DNA of 64,000 nucleotides from an uncultured Planctomycetota bacterium (GTDB lineage: Bacteria; Planctomycetota; PLA2; JAEUHO01). Below, one piece after another: positions 39,336 through 49,628 of this stretch. The notes under the pieces were generated by a model. That model did not search any database, was not told where the DNA came from, and was given only the letters and a program-made list of their open reading frames with translations. The translations under genes and the position numbers were made by a program. The stretch lies in the NCBI GenBank assembly GCA_963752285.1, contig CAVVXN010000005.1, forward strand, positions 480,001-544,000. The letters are read 5' to 3'. Numbering within the stretch: position 1 is the first letter of the stretch; each line of letters starts with the position of its first letter.

Positions 39336-41704
39336 CCCTGGGGCGTGCCGCGGCGCGCGTCGTCGCGCGCGGCGCCGCCCCCGCGATCGGCGCGGCGTCT
39401 CGCCGCGGCGTCCTCCCCGCGCGGGGCACGCTGCGCGTCCCGGGTCTCGCCGCGAAGGTCACCGTGCGACTCGACGCGCACGGGGTGCCCCAGGTCCGGG
39501 CCCGGACCGACGAGGACGCCCTCTTCGCGCAGGGCTTCCTCCACGCGCGCGACCGGTTCTTCCAGATGGACATGCTGCGCCGCGTGCTCCGGGGCCGGCT
39601 CGCGGAGACGGTGGGGGAGCGGCGCCTCGGCGACCGGAGCGTCCCGCCGTTCGGCGCGCAGAGCACGACGGTGGACGCCGACCGGCTCGTGCGCGCCTTC
39701 GACCTCGTGCGCGCGGCGCGGCGGTATCTCGCCGAGGCGCCCGCCGAGGGCCGCCTCCTGCTCGACGCGTACGTGCGCGGCGTCAACCGCGCGCTCGTGC
39801 TACTGCGGTCGCGACGTCCGCTCGAACACCGGCTGCTCCGTCTCGCCCTCCTCGACTGGACGCCCGTGGACTCGCTGCTCGTCGCCAAGGGGATGGCGCT
39901 CGGACTCTCGTTCAAGTGGCGCACCGCGCCGGTGTTCGGGGCGATGGCCGAGCACCTCGCCGGCCGGCGCACGCTCCTCGACGCGATCCTCCCGCGTCCG
40001 CCGGGCCCGGGCGCGGCCGGTCTCGCCCGGCTCGTGGACCGGGGCGTCGAGCAGGCGCTCGTCTTCCTCCCGGCGCCCCTCCCGCTCCGGGGCAGCAACG
40101 CGTTCCTCGTGGGCGCGGGGCGGAGTCGGAGCGGGATGCCCCTCCTCGCGAGCGACCCGCACCTCGAGCTCTCCCTCCCCTCCATCTGGTACCTCGCGAG
40201 CGTGTCGGGCGCGCGCTACCAGGCGGTCGGCGCGACGCTCCCGGGCCTCCCCGGCGTGGTGATCGGACGGACGCGCGGGTTCGCGTGGGGGGTCACGAAC
40301 GGCATGATCGACGACGCCGACCTGTGGCTCGAGGAGATCGACGGCACGGGTACGCGATACCGCGTGGACGGCGCGTGGCGTCCGCTCGCCCGGGAGACGC
40401 ACGAGATCCGCCGGCGGGGGAAGGCCCCGGTGCTGTTCCGCCTCCGTCGCACGCACCGGGGACCCGTGTTCACGGACGCGTTCCCGGCGTATGCCGGCGC
40501 GCCGATGTCCCTCCGCATGAGCCTCCACGAGCCGGGCGCCGAGCTCGAGGCGTTCCTGGGCCTCGGACGCGCCGGCGACGACGGGCGAGCGGCGGTCATC
40601 GCCGTCCGGGGCTACGGCGCGCCGGTCCAGAACCTCGTGTGGGCCGACGCGCGCGGGCGCGCCGGGTACGTGCTGATGGGCCGGGTGCCGGACCGCGCGG
40701 CGCACCCCGTGCACCCCGCGCTCCCCCGCGACGGCACCACGACCGCCTACGACTGGCGGGGATGGGTGCCGCGCGAGGCGACGCCCGACCTCGAGATCGG
40801 GGCGGACGCGACGTTCGCAACCGCGAACGACCCGCAGGTGGAAGACGGCGCGGGGCCGTACCTGAGCCACCTCTACGAGCCGCCGTACCGCGCCGCGCGC
40901 ATCCGGGAGCTGCTCGCGCCTCTTCGCGACGCGACCATCGACGACCTCGCCCGGATCCAGCTCGACGCGACGAACGGCGCCACGGCGTGGTTCCGCGACC
41001 TCGTTCTCGTGCCGCACGCGGAGGAGGTCCGGCGTTCGCGGCCCACGCTCGGTCGCGCGATCGACCGGCTCCTCTCGTGGGACGGTCGCGAGCACCCCGG
41101 CGACCCGGGTCCCGCGCTCTGGCACCTCGCGTACCACCACCTGATCCGCCGCACGTTCGGGGCCGCGCTCGGCCCGGAGCTCCTCGAGGCGTGGCTCGGT
41201 CTCGTGAACCTCGTGGACGCGGCGCTCCGCCGCGCGTTCGAGGACCCACGGAGCCCCTGGGCGCCGCCCGGCGCGCGCGCCGCGCTGCTGCAGCGCGCGC
41301 TCGACGACGCCGTCCTCGACCTCGAGGCGCGCGGTCTCGGCGTGGACGCGGCCTGGGGACGCGTTCACACCCTGACGCTCCGACATCCCGCCGGGGGCGC
41401 ACCGCTCGTGGGCCGCGTGTTCGACCGCGGGCCGATCCCGCTCCGGGGCGGCCCGTTCGCCGTCGCGAGCGGACAGTACGTGCACACGCGTCCCGCGCGC
41501 GTCGTGACCGGCGCGTCGTACCGGCACGTCGTGGACCTCGCCGACCCCGAACGGCGCTCACGGATGGTGACGCTCGGCGGGCAGTCGGGCCACGTCGGAT
41601 CGCCGCACTACGACGACCTCACGCCGCTGTGGCTCGAGGGCGCGGGCGTCCCGATGCGCCTCGACCCCTTCGAGACGAAGGACGTCCTCGTCCTCTCCCC
41701 GTAG
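39320..41704 (+). CDS. Penicillin acylase family (Ntn hydrolase, S45)
   Basis: 'D.HGVP', 'GFLHARDRFFQMD', catalytic 'GSN', 'DPHL', 'TAN', 'GQSGH..SPHY.D'; in-frame GTG 39320 with GGAG upstream. Confidence 0.9.
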   Translation: MAQRLTLGRAAARVVARGAAPAIGAASRRGVLPARGTLRVPGLAAKVTVRLDAHGVPQVRARTDEDALFAQGFLHARDRFFQMDMLRRVLRGRLAETVGERRLGDRSVPPFGAQSTTVDADRLVRAFDLVRAARRYLAEAPAEGRLLLDAYVRGVNRALVLLRSRRPLEHRLLRLALLDWTPVDSLLVAKGMALGLSFKWRTAPVFGAMAEHLAGRRTLLDAILPRPPGPGAAGLARLVDRGVEQALVFLPAPLPLRGSNAFLVGAGRSRSGMPLLASDPHLELSLPSIWYLASVSGARYQAVGATLPGLPGVVIGRTRGFAWGVTNGMIDDADLWLEEIDGTGTRYRVDGAWRPLARETHEIRRRGKAPVLFRLRRTHRGPVFTDAFPAYAGAPMSLRMSLHEPGAELEAFLGLGRAGDDGRAAVIAVRGYGAPVQNLVWADARGRAGYVLMGRVPDRAAHPVHPALPRDGTTTAYDWRGWVPREATPDLEIGADATFATANDPQVEDGAGPYLSHLYEPPYRAARIRELLAPLRDATIDDLARIQLDATNGATAWFRDLVLVPHAEEVRRSRPTLGRAIDRLLSWDGREHPGDPGPALWHLAYHHLIRRTFGAALGPELLEAWLGLVNLVDAALRRAFEDPRSPWAPPGARAALLQRALDDAVLDLEARGLGVDAAWGRVHTLTLRHPAGGAPLVGRVFDRGPIPLRGGPFAVASGQYVHTRPARVVTGASYRHVVDLADPERRSRMVTLGGQSGHVGSPHYDDLTPLWLEGAGVPMRLDPFETKDVLVLSP

Positions 41705-41712
41705 CGCCTTCG

Positions 41713-43455
41713 CTAGCGACCGGCGTCGGGCGTGACCTTGCCCTCGGCGACGAGACGCAGGGCAAGCGCGCGCGCGGCCTCGCGCTGCGCCACGAGCGGG
41801 GCGTGGTCCTCGCCCGCGAGACTCTCGGCCGCGCGGAGCGCCCGCCGGTAGAGCTCGTCGTACCGTCCCGCCTTCTCGTACATCTCGGAGAGGTACGTCC
41901 ACGCGTCCAGGTAGCCGTCGTCCGACCACGCGAGCGAGGCGAGGAACCGTGCCTCGGCGCGCACGAGGTCTTGCACCGGCTCGTAGCGGTAGAGGATCAC
42001 GCCGGTGTCGCAGACGATCTGGGCGAACGCGTAGCGCCGCGCCCACGGTACGCCACGGCCCGCCTCGGGCGACCACGGGCCCACCGCGCGCGTCGCCTCC
42101 TCGTACGCGCGCACGGACGCGTCGAGCACGGGCCTCCACGCCTCGTCCGCCGCGTGCGCGGACCACGCCTCGCGCAGCAGGAACGCGAGGTTGTTCCACA
42201 CGTACGGGTTCGTGGGCGCGCGCGCGAGGAGGTCCTCGTACGCGTGCTCCACTTCGTGGAGGCCGTCGAGGGTCGCCTTCGCCTTCGCGAGGCCGTCCGC
42301 CCGGATGCGCCGGTCGATCGACTCCGCGGCCGCGAGCTGTCGGGGGTCGGCGGCGAGGGCGCGCCGCCACCACACCACGGCCGCGGCCTCGTCGTGCTCG
42401 AGGGCGGCGATCTCGCCCCGGAGCTCCAGCGCGTCCGCGTCCTCGGGGCGCTCGGCGAGGCAGGCCTCGACGAGAGGGAGCGCCTTCGCCCCGTCCTTCT
42501 TCCCGACCTCCACCCACGCCTCGACGAGGAGCACGCGCACGAGCGCGGGGTGGTCGTGCGCGAGGCGCCCGAGCGCCGTGGACAGCCCGGTCGGGTCGTT
42601 CTGGTGGAGCGCGATCACGCCGCGGAGCGGCAGGGGGTCCTCCGGTTCGAGCACGAGGGCGTGGGCGTAGGCGGCGTCCGCCTCGTCCCGTTCCCCGAGC
42701 ATCTGGTCGGTCCACGCGAGGAGGATCCACGCTTCCTTCCGCGACGGGTCGGCGCTGGACGCGGCGTCGAGCGTCCCGCGCGCGCGCTCGAAGAGGCGGC
42801 GCGCCGCCTCGGGGACGGGCCATCCGCCGCCCGCGTCCCGGACGACCTTCCGGCCGTGCTCGTAGAGGAGCCGGCCCTTCAGCACGAGCACGTCGAGGCT
42901 CGCGTCGGGCGCGTGGCCGAGGAGCCGGTCGAGCGCGTCCACGGCTTCGTCGTCGGCGTTCGTCGCGGCGAGGGCACGGGCGAGGAGCAGCGCCGCGTCC
43001 TCGTCGTCGGGTCTCGCGTCCACGACCGCCCTCAGGTGCGTCGTCGCGCCGAGCGCCGCGGCGCCCTCCACGCCCGAGGAGGTGGAGGCGGTCGCGCGCG
43101 CGAGGAGCAGCTCGCCGAGCGCGAGGCGCACGTCCAGGTCGTCGCCCTGGGCGTCGAAGAGCGCCTGGAGCGCCCGCTCCGCGCGCGCCTGATAGGCCGG
43201 CGCGGGCGCGCGCGCCGCGGTGCGCCCGAGCCCCAGCGCGGCCTCGCGGTCGTCGGGCGTCCTCGCGAGCGCCTCGGCGTAGGCCGCGGCCGCGGCCGCG
43301 AGGTCGCCCCGCGCCTCGATCGCGCGCGCGTGCGCGACGTCGTCCGGGCCGGCGTGCGCCGGGACCACGATCGCGAGGACCGCGATCCCGAGCGCGAGGG
43401 GCCCGCGTCGGGTCCCTCGTCGCGGGCTCGGCGGGGAGGCGCCGGCGCGGGTCAG
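41713..43455 (-). CDS. Exported TPR-repeat protein
   Basis: Signal peptide 'LALGIAVLAIVVPAHA', repeated TPR patterns; start uncertain (possibly CTG overlapping the upstream stop). Confidence 0.7.
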   Translation of the reverse strand: MTRAGASPPSPRRGTRRGPLALGIAVLAIVVPAHAGPDDVAHARAIEARGDLAAAAAAYAEALARTPDDREAALGLGRTAARAPAPAYQARAERALQALFDAQGDDLDVRLALGELLLARATASTSSGVEGAAALGATTHLRAVVDARPDDEDAALLLARALAATNADDEAVDALDRLLGHAPDASLDVLVLKGRLLYEHGRKVVRDAGGGWPVPEAARRLFERARGTLDAASSADPSRKEAWILLAWTDQMLGERDEADAAYAHALVLEPEDPLPLRGVIALHQNDPTGLSTALGRLAHDHPALVRVLLVEAWVEVGKKDGAKALPLVEACLAERPEDADALELRGEIAALEHDEAAAVVWWRRALAADPRQLAAAESIDRRIRADGLAKAKATLDGLHEVEHAYEDLLARAPTNPYVWNNLAFLLREAWSAHAADEAWRPVLDASVRAYEEATRAVGPWSPEAGRGVPWARRYAFAQIVCDTGVILYRYEPVQDLVRAEARFLASLAWSDDGYLDAWTYLSEMYEKAGRYDELYRRALRAAESLAGEDHAPLVAQREAARALALRLVAEGKVTPDAGR

Positions 43456-43721
43456 GGCGCGGGGGCCCCCGCCTTCGCGCCGCCGTTCGCCTCCTCCACC
43501 GCCGGGATGACGAACCGGATCCAGCGCGTCGTGTTCGGCGCCGCGTCGTCCACGCTGAGGAGTCCGCGCCGCGCCAGGCGCGCCACGGCCTGCCTCACGT
43601 CCACCAGCATGCGACCCGTGTCGCTCGAGATGCGGGCGAGGTCGAGCCATCCGTCGCTCTCGCGGGCGTGCGCGAGCACGTAGCGCAGTGCGGCGTCCTC
43701 GAGCGGCGTGAGGGGCTTCAT
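43452..43721 (-). CDS. Small winged-helix-like protein (89 aa)
   Basis: 'LTPLE..AL..', 'LARIS..TG..VRQAVARLARRGLL'. Confidence 0.55.
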   Translation of the reverse strand: MKPLTPLEDAALRYVLAHARESDGWLDLARISSDTGRMLVDVRQAVARLARRGLLSVDDAAPNTTRWIRFVIPAVEEANGGAKAGAPAP

Positions 43722-43779
43722 GTTCGGATCCTCGTGCGTCCCGGATCTCGCGTGAGGATATCGAAGGGGACGCGGCGCG

Positions 43780-44826
43780 CTAGCGGCGGGCGGCCTGGCC
43801 CGCTTTTCCGAGGAGGCCCTCGGAGACGAGTCGCACGGGGTAGCAGGCGCCCGGTCCGGCCTGGAGGGCCTCGTCGAGGCCCTCGGGCGTCGGCTCCGGC
43901 ACCACGACGAGCACCGAGCCGCCTCCGCCCGCGCCGAGGATCTTCGTGCCGATCGCCCCGGCGGCGCGCGCGGCGACCTCCACCGCGTCCGTGGCGTCGG
44001 TCGCGACGCCGGGCGCGAGACGTCGGCGGACGCGGCCCTCCTCGACCACGAGGCGCAGCGCGAGATCGAGGTCGCCGGCCCGGAGCGCGGCCGCGACGTC
44101 GCGCGCGACCTGCGCGATCTCGTGGACCGCCTCCGTCGTTCGTGCTTCGCCGTCGAGGTACGCGCGGAGGACGCCCCAGTTCGTGAGGCCCGAGGCGTGC
44201 GGCGCGCCCGTGAACACGAGGCGGAGCCGCCGGCCGAGGGCCGCGAGGTCCACCGGGAGCGACGCCACGCGGGGACCGCCGATCCCGCCCGTGATCGCGA
44301 GGCACCCGCCGTAAAGCGCCGGGAGGTAGTCCTGGTAGCCCGTGGGACCGCGGAGGAGCGCCGTCTCGATCTCCTGCGCGCGGCGTGCGAGCGCCGGGGG
44401 GTCGAGCGCGGCGCCGTCGAGCGTGCGGAGCGCGCCGAGGATCGCCACGAGCAGCGCGGACGAGCCGCCCAGCCCGCCGCCGGCGGGGCTCCGTGCGGAC
44501 GTCGTGAGGTCGAGCCCCGACGCGGGGCCGTCGTTGAGCGCGGCGAGCCCGAGGAGCGGGAGCGGGGCCTGGCCCCGCGCCAGGTCCTCGGCGAGCGCGT
44601 CCCGCGACGGGTGGACGGCCTCCCGGGCCCCGTCCGCGCTGACGAGACGGATCCGTCCGTCCTCGCGCGCCCGCGCGACCGCGCGGCAGGGGAGGTCGAG
44701 CGCCACGTTGACGGTCACCACGGGCGGCGGCAGGAGCAGCGGCAGCGGCCAGACGTCGAGCGTGCCTCCGGCGAGGTCGATCCGAACCGGCGCGACCGCG
44801 GTCGCCTCCTTCGGGGGTCGGCGCAT
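43780..44826 (-). CDS. GHMP sugar kinase (HddA/heptose-7-phosphate kinase-like)
   Basis: 'APVRIDLAGGTLD', 'PAGGGLGGSS', 'GYQD', 'KILGAGGGG'. Confidence 0.88.
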   Translation of the reverse strand: MRRPPKEATAVAPVRIDLAGGTLDVWPLPLLLPPPVVTVNVALDLPCRAVARAREDGRIRLVSADGAREAVHPSRDALAEDLARGQAPLPLLGLAALNDGPASGLDLTTSARSPAGGGLGGSSALLVAILGALRTLDGAALDPPALARRAQEIETALLRGPTGYQDYLPALYGGCLAITGGIGGPRVASLPVDLAALGRRLRLVFTGAPHASGLTNWGVLRAYLDGEARTTEAVHEIAQVARDVAAALRAGDLDLALRLVVEEGRVRRRLAPGVATDATDAVEVAARAAGAIGTKILGAGGGGSVLVVVPEPTPEGLDEALQAGPGACYPVRLVSEGLLGKAGQAARR

Positions 44827-44881
44827 CGCCCCATGATGCCCGGGGCCGCCGACCGGACCCCCTCCCGGTACGATCCAGGCC

Positions 44882-45727
44882 ATGCGCCACCCGCAAGACG
44901 GAAGCCGGACCGACGGTCCCGTCCGCGTCGGCCTCACCAGCTCGACGCTCCCCGAGACCGAGCTACGCGGCGGTCCGCGCCACGCCGTGGCGCACCTCTA
45001 CACGCGCTGCGTGGTCGCGGCGGGCGGCCTCCCCGTCCTCCTCCCGAGCGTCGCCCCGTCGCTCGTCCCCGCGTACCTCGCCGACCTCGACGCGGTGCTC
45101 CTGACCGGAGGTCTCGACGTGGACCCGGCCGAGTACGGAGAGCCGCCGCACCCAAAGCTCGGCGTCGTGGACCAGGACCGCGACCGCTTCGAGATCGCGC
45201 TCGCCAAGGAGGCCTGCACGCGTGGGGTGCCGGTCCTCGGCATCTGTCGCGGCGTGCAGCTCCTGGCGGTGGCGTTCGGCGGGACGCTCCACCAGCACGT
45301 GCCCGACGACGTCCCCGGCGCGATGCGGCACGACCAGGAGCACGTACGCGTCGATGCCGCGAGCCACGAGGTGACGGTCGTCTCGGGCACGCGACTCCAC
45401 GCGATCCTCGGGACGACGAGGCTTCGCGTGAACTCGTTCCACCACCAGGCGGTGGCGCGCGTACCCGACGGGTTCGTGGCGACCGCGTCCACGTCGGACG
45501 GCGTCGTGGAGGCGATGGAGGATCCGCTCCGCGGGTTCGTGGTCGGCGTGCAGTGGCACCCCGAGCGGCGCCCGGACGACCCGGCGAGCCGCGCGCTCTT
45601 CGCGGCCCACGTGGCCGCGGCCCGGGGGCGCCGGGACGGCGGGTCGGTCGGCGTCGAAGAGGGGGCTCAGGCGGCGAGACCCCGGGGTCCGATGGAGGCT
45701 CGTGGGGTGCCCCTGGAGACCGAATGA
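44882..45727 (+). CDS. Gamma-glutamyl-GABA hydrolase family (peptidase C26, PuuD-like)
   Basis: 'LTGGLDVDP', 'GICRG.Q', 'VNSFHHQAV', 'GVQWHPE'. Confidence 0.92.
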   Translation: MRHPQDGSRTDGPVRVGLTSSTLPETELRGGPRHAVAHLYTRCVVAAGGLPVLLPSVAPSLVPAYLADLDAVLLTGGLDVDPAEYGEPPHPKLGVVDQDRDRFEIALAKEACTRGVPVLGICRGVQLLAVAFGGTLHQHVPDDVPGAMRHDQEHVRVDAASHEVTVVSGTRLHAILGTTRLRVNSFHHQAVARVPDGFVATASTSDGVVEAMEDPLRGFVVGVQWHPERRPDDPASRALFAAHVAAARGRRDGGSVGVEEGAQAARPRGPMEARGVPLETE

Positions 45728-47202
45728 CCCCCCGTTTCAAGGCCGCGCTGACGATCCTCGCCGCCCTCGCCTTCGGCACCCTGGCCATCTGGCTCGTCCT
45801 CGGCTCGGGGGGCAAGACGCCGCTGCCCGGGGGCGGGGCGATCTCCTCGTCGCCGCCGCTGGTCCCGGTCGCTCCGGGACCCGGTCCCTCGGTCCCGGAC
45901 GGCACGAGCCCCGCCGGGCCCGACGACCCCGGGGCGCCCGGTCCGGACGTGCTCCACCGGGGCTCCGACGGGGTGATCGGGCTCCGCACGCCGTCGGGCA
46001 TGGACCTCTCCGACCCCGCGCAGCGCAACGCGTGGCTGCTCGAGCTGCTCGGGACGCGGCCGACCGACTGGACGCAGATCGCACGGCTCGTGGGGATGGT
46101 GGAGGGCACGCTCGACGAGGCCGTCCGCACGCGGCTCCTGACGGAGCTCCGGTCCGGGCAGCGCATCGGCGCCAAGGAGGCGCTCGCCGCCTCGCACGAC
46201 CCGACCCTCGTGCAGGACCTGCTCGGCATGCTCGACGCCGACGACCTGACGGCCGGCGGGCGGAGCGCGGTGCTCGACGTCCTCGCGCGCATGCCCGGCG
46301 CGACGGCGTCCGAGGTCGTGCGGGGGATCGAGGCCCGTCTCGACGGCACGGCGCGCCACGACGGACCGTACCTCCTCGCGATCGGCCGCCGCGGAGGCCG
46401 CGAGGCGGGTCGCGCGCTCGTCGAGTACCTGGGACGCATGCACGACCCGCTCTCGGCGCCGCGCATCGGCCACCTGGGTCTCGACCTGAAGTCGGACACG
46501 GAGGCCGCGGCCGTGGTCGCGCACGCGCTCGACCAGGCGACGTCCTCCGAGCTCCAGCAGGCGCTTCTCGAGATCTCGGCGCAGCCCGGGGCCGAGTCGC
46601 TCGTCGAGTCCGTCGCGCGCCTCGACGCCGAGGGGCAGCCCGAGACCGTCCGGCGCGCGGCCCTGGGCGCGCTCGCGTCGATCGGCACGGGCTCCGCGAT
46701 GTCTCGCCTGCTCGACGCCGCTTCCGGACCGGGCGTGTTCGGCGAGGCGGCGCTCGACTGCCTCGGCGGGGTCACGTCGGCCGACGCGAAGGCGCGCGAG
46801 GAGCTGATGCAGGCGCTGGAGGACGTGGACCGCAACCCGCGGCCCGAGCAGGCGCGCGTCGCGTTGCTCCAGGCACTCGGGAACCTCCAGCACCCGCCCG
46901 CGCTCGTGCCCCTCGCGAAGGCCGTGAACGACCCGAACCCGCAGGTGCGCGCGGTGGCCGTCTCGGGCCTCGGGCGCATGGGCGCGGCCGCCCAGCCGTA
47001 CGTCCCGAAGCTCCTCGAGACGTACGACGCCGGGGACGAGTCGGTCCGACACGGGGTGATCCTGGCGCTCGGAGGGGTCGGGGGCGACGAGTCGGTCGCG
47101 TTCCTGACGCGTCTCCAGGCCGACACGTCGCTCTCCCCGAAGCTCCAGCAGGCGGTCCGGGTCTCGATGGTCCGCCTGGGCCTCACGCCCTCGTCCGACT
47201 GA
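45724..47202 (+). CDS. Membrane-anchored HEAT-repeat protein
   Basis: N-terminal TM, Pro-rich linker, 'VRRAALGAL', 'DPNPQVRAVAV..LG'; ATGA overlap with upstream gene. Confidence 0.8.
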   Translation: MTPRFKAALTILAALAFGTLAIWLVLGSGGKTPLPGGGAISSSPPLVPVAPGPGPSVPDGTSPAGPDDPGAPGPDVLHRGSDGVIGLRTPSGMDLSDPAQRNAWLLELLGTRPTDWTQIARLVGMVEGTLDEAVRTRLLTELRSGQRIGAKEALAASHDPTLVQDLLGMLDADDLTAGGRSAVLDVLARMPGATASEVVRGIEARLDGTARHDGPYLLAIGRRGGREAGRALVEYLGRMHDPLSAPRIGHLGLDLKSDTEAAAVVAHALDQATSSELQQALLEISAQPGAESLVESVARLDAEGQPETVRRAALGALASIGTGSAMSRLLDAASGPGVFGEAALDCLGGVTSADAKAREELMQALEDVDRNPRPEQARVALLQALGNLQHPPALVPLAKAVNDPNPQVRAVAVSGLGRMGAAAQPYVPKLLETYDAGDESVRHGVILALGGVGGDESVAFLTRLQADTSLSPKLQQAVRVSMVRLGLTPSSD

Positions 47203-47318
47203 GGGCTCCGCGTCGGTCGTCGCGGCCGCCGGTCGGAGCCCCGCGCCGTCCCGCGCGGGATCCCGCGCCGCTCCGACGCGGACCCCGAGGGCGCCCGGGT
47301 CGGACGTAGAGTCGCCCG

Positions 47319-48644
47319 GTGGCCCCGGCGGGACGTTTCGATCCTCCGGGAGAGCACGCCCCGTTGAGATCCCGCCCGGCCGTCCTCCTGCTGCTCCTCT
47401 TCCTGCTCGCGCCCGCCGCGCGCGCGGCGGACCCCGAGCGTCAGCTCGTCGAGGACCTCAAGCGGGCGCTCAAGCGCGGCGAGGCGGGCGAGCGGGTCGC
47501 GGTGCTCGAGCGGATGACCCGCGCCGCGTCCCAGCTCGAGGCGGCCCGCCGGCGGAGCGCCGCGGTGTACATCGCGAAGGCCCTCCCCGAGGAGCCGACC
47601 GCCGAGGTGCGCGCGGCGATGATCCGCACGCTCTCGCACCTGGGCGGTTCCACGGGCTGGGTGCCGATCCTCCTCGCGTGGCGTGCCGGCGGCGCCGACG
47701 ACGTCGTCCGCCACGCGGCCCGCCAGGCGCTGCTCTGGGGGGGCGGCGACTACCTCGACGTCGTGAAGCGGCTCCTCTCGGAGGACGACGACCCGACGTT
47801 CCGCGCCGACCTCCTGCTCCTCCTGGGCGACCGCCGAAAGGCGGACGTGGTGCCGCTCCTGCTGGACGCCCTCGAGAAGGACCACGACCTCGGCGTGAGG
47901 AGCGCCGCGGCCGAGGCGCTCGAGGCCGTGACGAGGGAGGCGAAGGGGTACGACGTCGCCGCGTGGCGGGCGTGGTGGGACGCCCGCCCGGAGGCGGCGC
48001 CCCCGGAGGTGGAGGGCGGGGGCGAGACGACGACCGGGACCGCGCCCGATCCCGGCGAGATCCCCGAGCCGCCGCCCGTCGTGACGCGGTCGCTCGTGCC
48101 CAGCTTCTACGGGATGCCGATCCACGCGAAGGACGTCGTGTTCGTCGTGGACGTCTCGGGTTCGGTGGGGAACGGCGGCGTCAACCGCGCGAAGAAGGAG
48201 GTGATCGACGCGGTCGAGCTCCTCGGCTCCGACGTTCACGTCGCCGCGCTCTTCTTCGACGAAGACGTCCGGATGTGGAAGCCGGAGATGGTCCTGGCCA
48301 CGCCCGCGAACAAGGCCGCGCTCGCGCTCTTCCTCCGCGGCATCGGTCCGGGGCGGCGTACGGACATCATGACCCCGTTGAACGCCGGGGTCGAGATCGT
48401 GGAGCGACGCGTGAAGGCGCTGGAGCGGGCCGGCGCGCCGATCCGCGAGGCGGTCGCGATGATCGTCGTGAGCGACGGCGTGCAGACCGCGTCCCGCACG
48501 CCGCCCGCGGCGGTCGAGGAGAAGCTGGCGCGGCTCGACCCCGCGCACACGGTGATCCACTGCATCGCGCTCGGCGGGAAGGGGAGCGCGCTCCTCTTCG
48601 ACCTCGCGCGTCTCGGCGGCGGACGCTACATCGAAGTGCGCTGA
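47319..48644 (+). CDS. Exported HEAT-repeat + vWA domain protein
   Basis: Signal peptide, HEAT repeats, 'WRAWW', MIDAS 'DVSGS..T..SDG'. Confidence 0.85.
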   Translation: MAPAGRFDPPGEHAPLRSRPAVLLLLLFLLAPAARAADPERQLVEDLKRALKRGEAGERVAVLERMTRAASQLEAARRRSAAVYIAKALPEEPTAEVRAAMIRTLSHLGGSTGWVPILLAWRAGGADDVVRHAARQALLWGGGDYLDVVKRLLSEDDDPTFRADLLLLLGDRRKADVVPLLLDALEKDHDLGVRSAAAEALEAVTREAKGYDVAAWRAWWDARPEAAPPEVEGGGETTTGTAPDPGEIPEPPPVVTRSLVPSFYGMPIHAKDVVFVVDVSGSVGNGGVNRAKKEVIDAVELLGSDVHVAALFFDEDVRMWKPEMVLATPANKAALALFLRGIGPGRRTDIMTPLNAGVEIVERRVKALERAGAPIREAVAMIVVSDGVQTASRTPPAAVEEKLARLDPAHTVIHCIALGGKGSALLFDLARLGGGRYIEVR

Positions 48645-48653
48645 GCCCGGCCC

Positions 48654-49580
48654 TCAGCGCGGGGCCGACAGCGCCTCGCCCAGGGGCGTCTCCTGCGTGG
48701 GGGCCGTGGCCCACGACCTCAGGTCGTCCGATACCGCACCCCACCGTGCGAGCTGCTCGAGCGCGCGCACGCGGAGGTGCAGGGGACGGCTCCCGTCCCG
48801 CACGACCGTCTCGAGCAACGCCGGCGCGGTGTCGCGCGAGGCGGGGGGGACGTGGGAGAGGAAGAAGACGGCGGCGTCCGCCGTCGCGTCGTTCGTGAGC
48901 CCCGAGCCGAGCGCCTGCTCGACGAGCGGCGCGAGCGGCGCGGCGTCGCCCTCGGCGAGCGCCGCGGCGGCGTCGTACGCGAGCGCGCCGAGCGTGCCGC
49001 GACGCGTGACGGGGAGCAGTCGCTCGAGCACGTACGCGCGGACGCGCGCGCGCTCGTCCTCGCCCGCCTGCGACACGACCTCGGGCAGGTGGAGCAGCGC
49101 GTCCTTCGCGATCAGGTCGGGCATGTCGGGCCGCAACGCGTTCATCGAGAGCCGGAGCGAGGACGCGGTCCGGGGCGCGATGCCCTCCGGGACGACGAGG
49201 TCGGCCCCGGGGACCGGGACGGGGAGCCACGGAGCGGAGTCGGGCTCCGTCACCACGACGTCGGGTGTGCGGGGCCCCTCGGCGGGCGCGGGGCGAGGCG
49301 TCGGCCCCGGCGCGGGCGCCGCCGGACGGTCGGCGGGCGGGGTGGCGCCGGGCGCCGCGTGCGGGGTCGGGCTCGTTGGCGTGGGGTGGATCGCCGTGGC
49401 CGGTCCGCCCTGGGACGCGAACTGCCAGATCGCCGCTCCGATGGCGACCACCGCGATCAGGACCATCGCGAGCGGCTTGCCGGTGGGCGACACCTTCTGT
49501 CGCCCGAGTCGCTCCAGGTCGAAGACCAGACCCTGCCGCTTGGGCCCGGTGCGCTCCGGGTCGGATTCGTCGTGGATCAT
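48654..49580 (-). CDS. Hypothetical membrane-anchored helical protein
   Basis: Single TM, Pro-rich linker, helical C-terminus. Confidence 0.6.
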   Translation of the reverse strand: MIHDESDPERTGPKRQGLVFDLERLGRQKVSPTGKPLAMVLIAVVAIGAAIWQFASQGGPATAIHPTPTSPTPHAAPGATPPADRPAAPAPGPTPRPAPAEGPRTPDVVVTEPDSAPWLPVPVPGADLVVPEGIAPRTASSLRLSMNALRPDMPDLIAKDALLHLPEVVSQAGEDERARVRAYVLERLLPVTRRGTLGALAYDAAAALAEGDAAPLAPLVEQALGSGLTNDATADAAVFFLSHVPPASRDTAPALLETVVRDGSRPLHLRVRALEQLARWGAVSDDLRSWATAPTQETPLGEALSAPR

Positions 49581-49628
49581 CGATCGCTCCCGGGGTCGGC
49601 GGGCCTCTCCCATCGTACGATCCGCCCG

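Noticed and set aside
39332..39340. CTG start for the penicillin acylase
   Set aside because: An in-frame GTG at 39320 with an upstream GGAG explains initiation.
251..48560. Many very long Arg/Pro/Gly-rich ORFs in alternative frames (e.g. 251-3958, 6316-9909, 39916-43683, 44934-48560)
   Set aside because: These are shadow ORFs expected in very high-GC DNA; they overlap well-supported genes and have no motifs.
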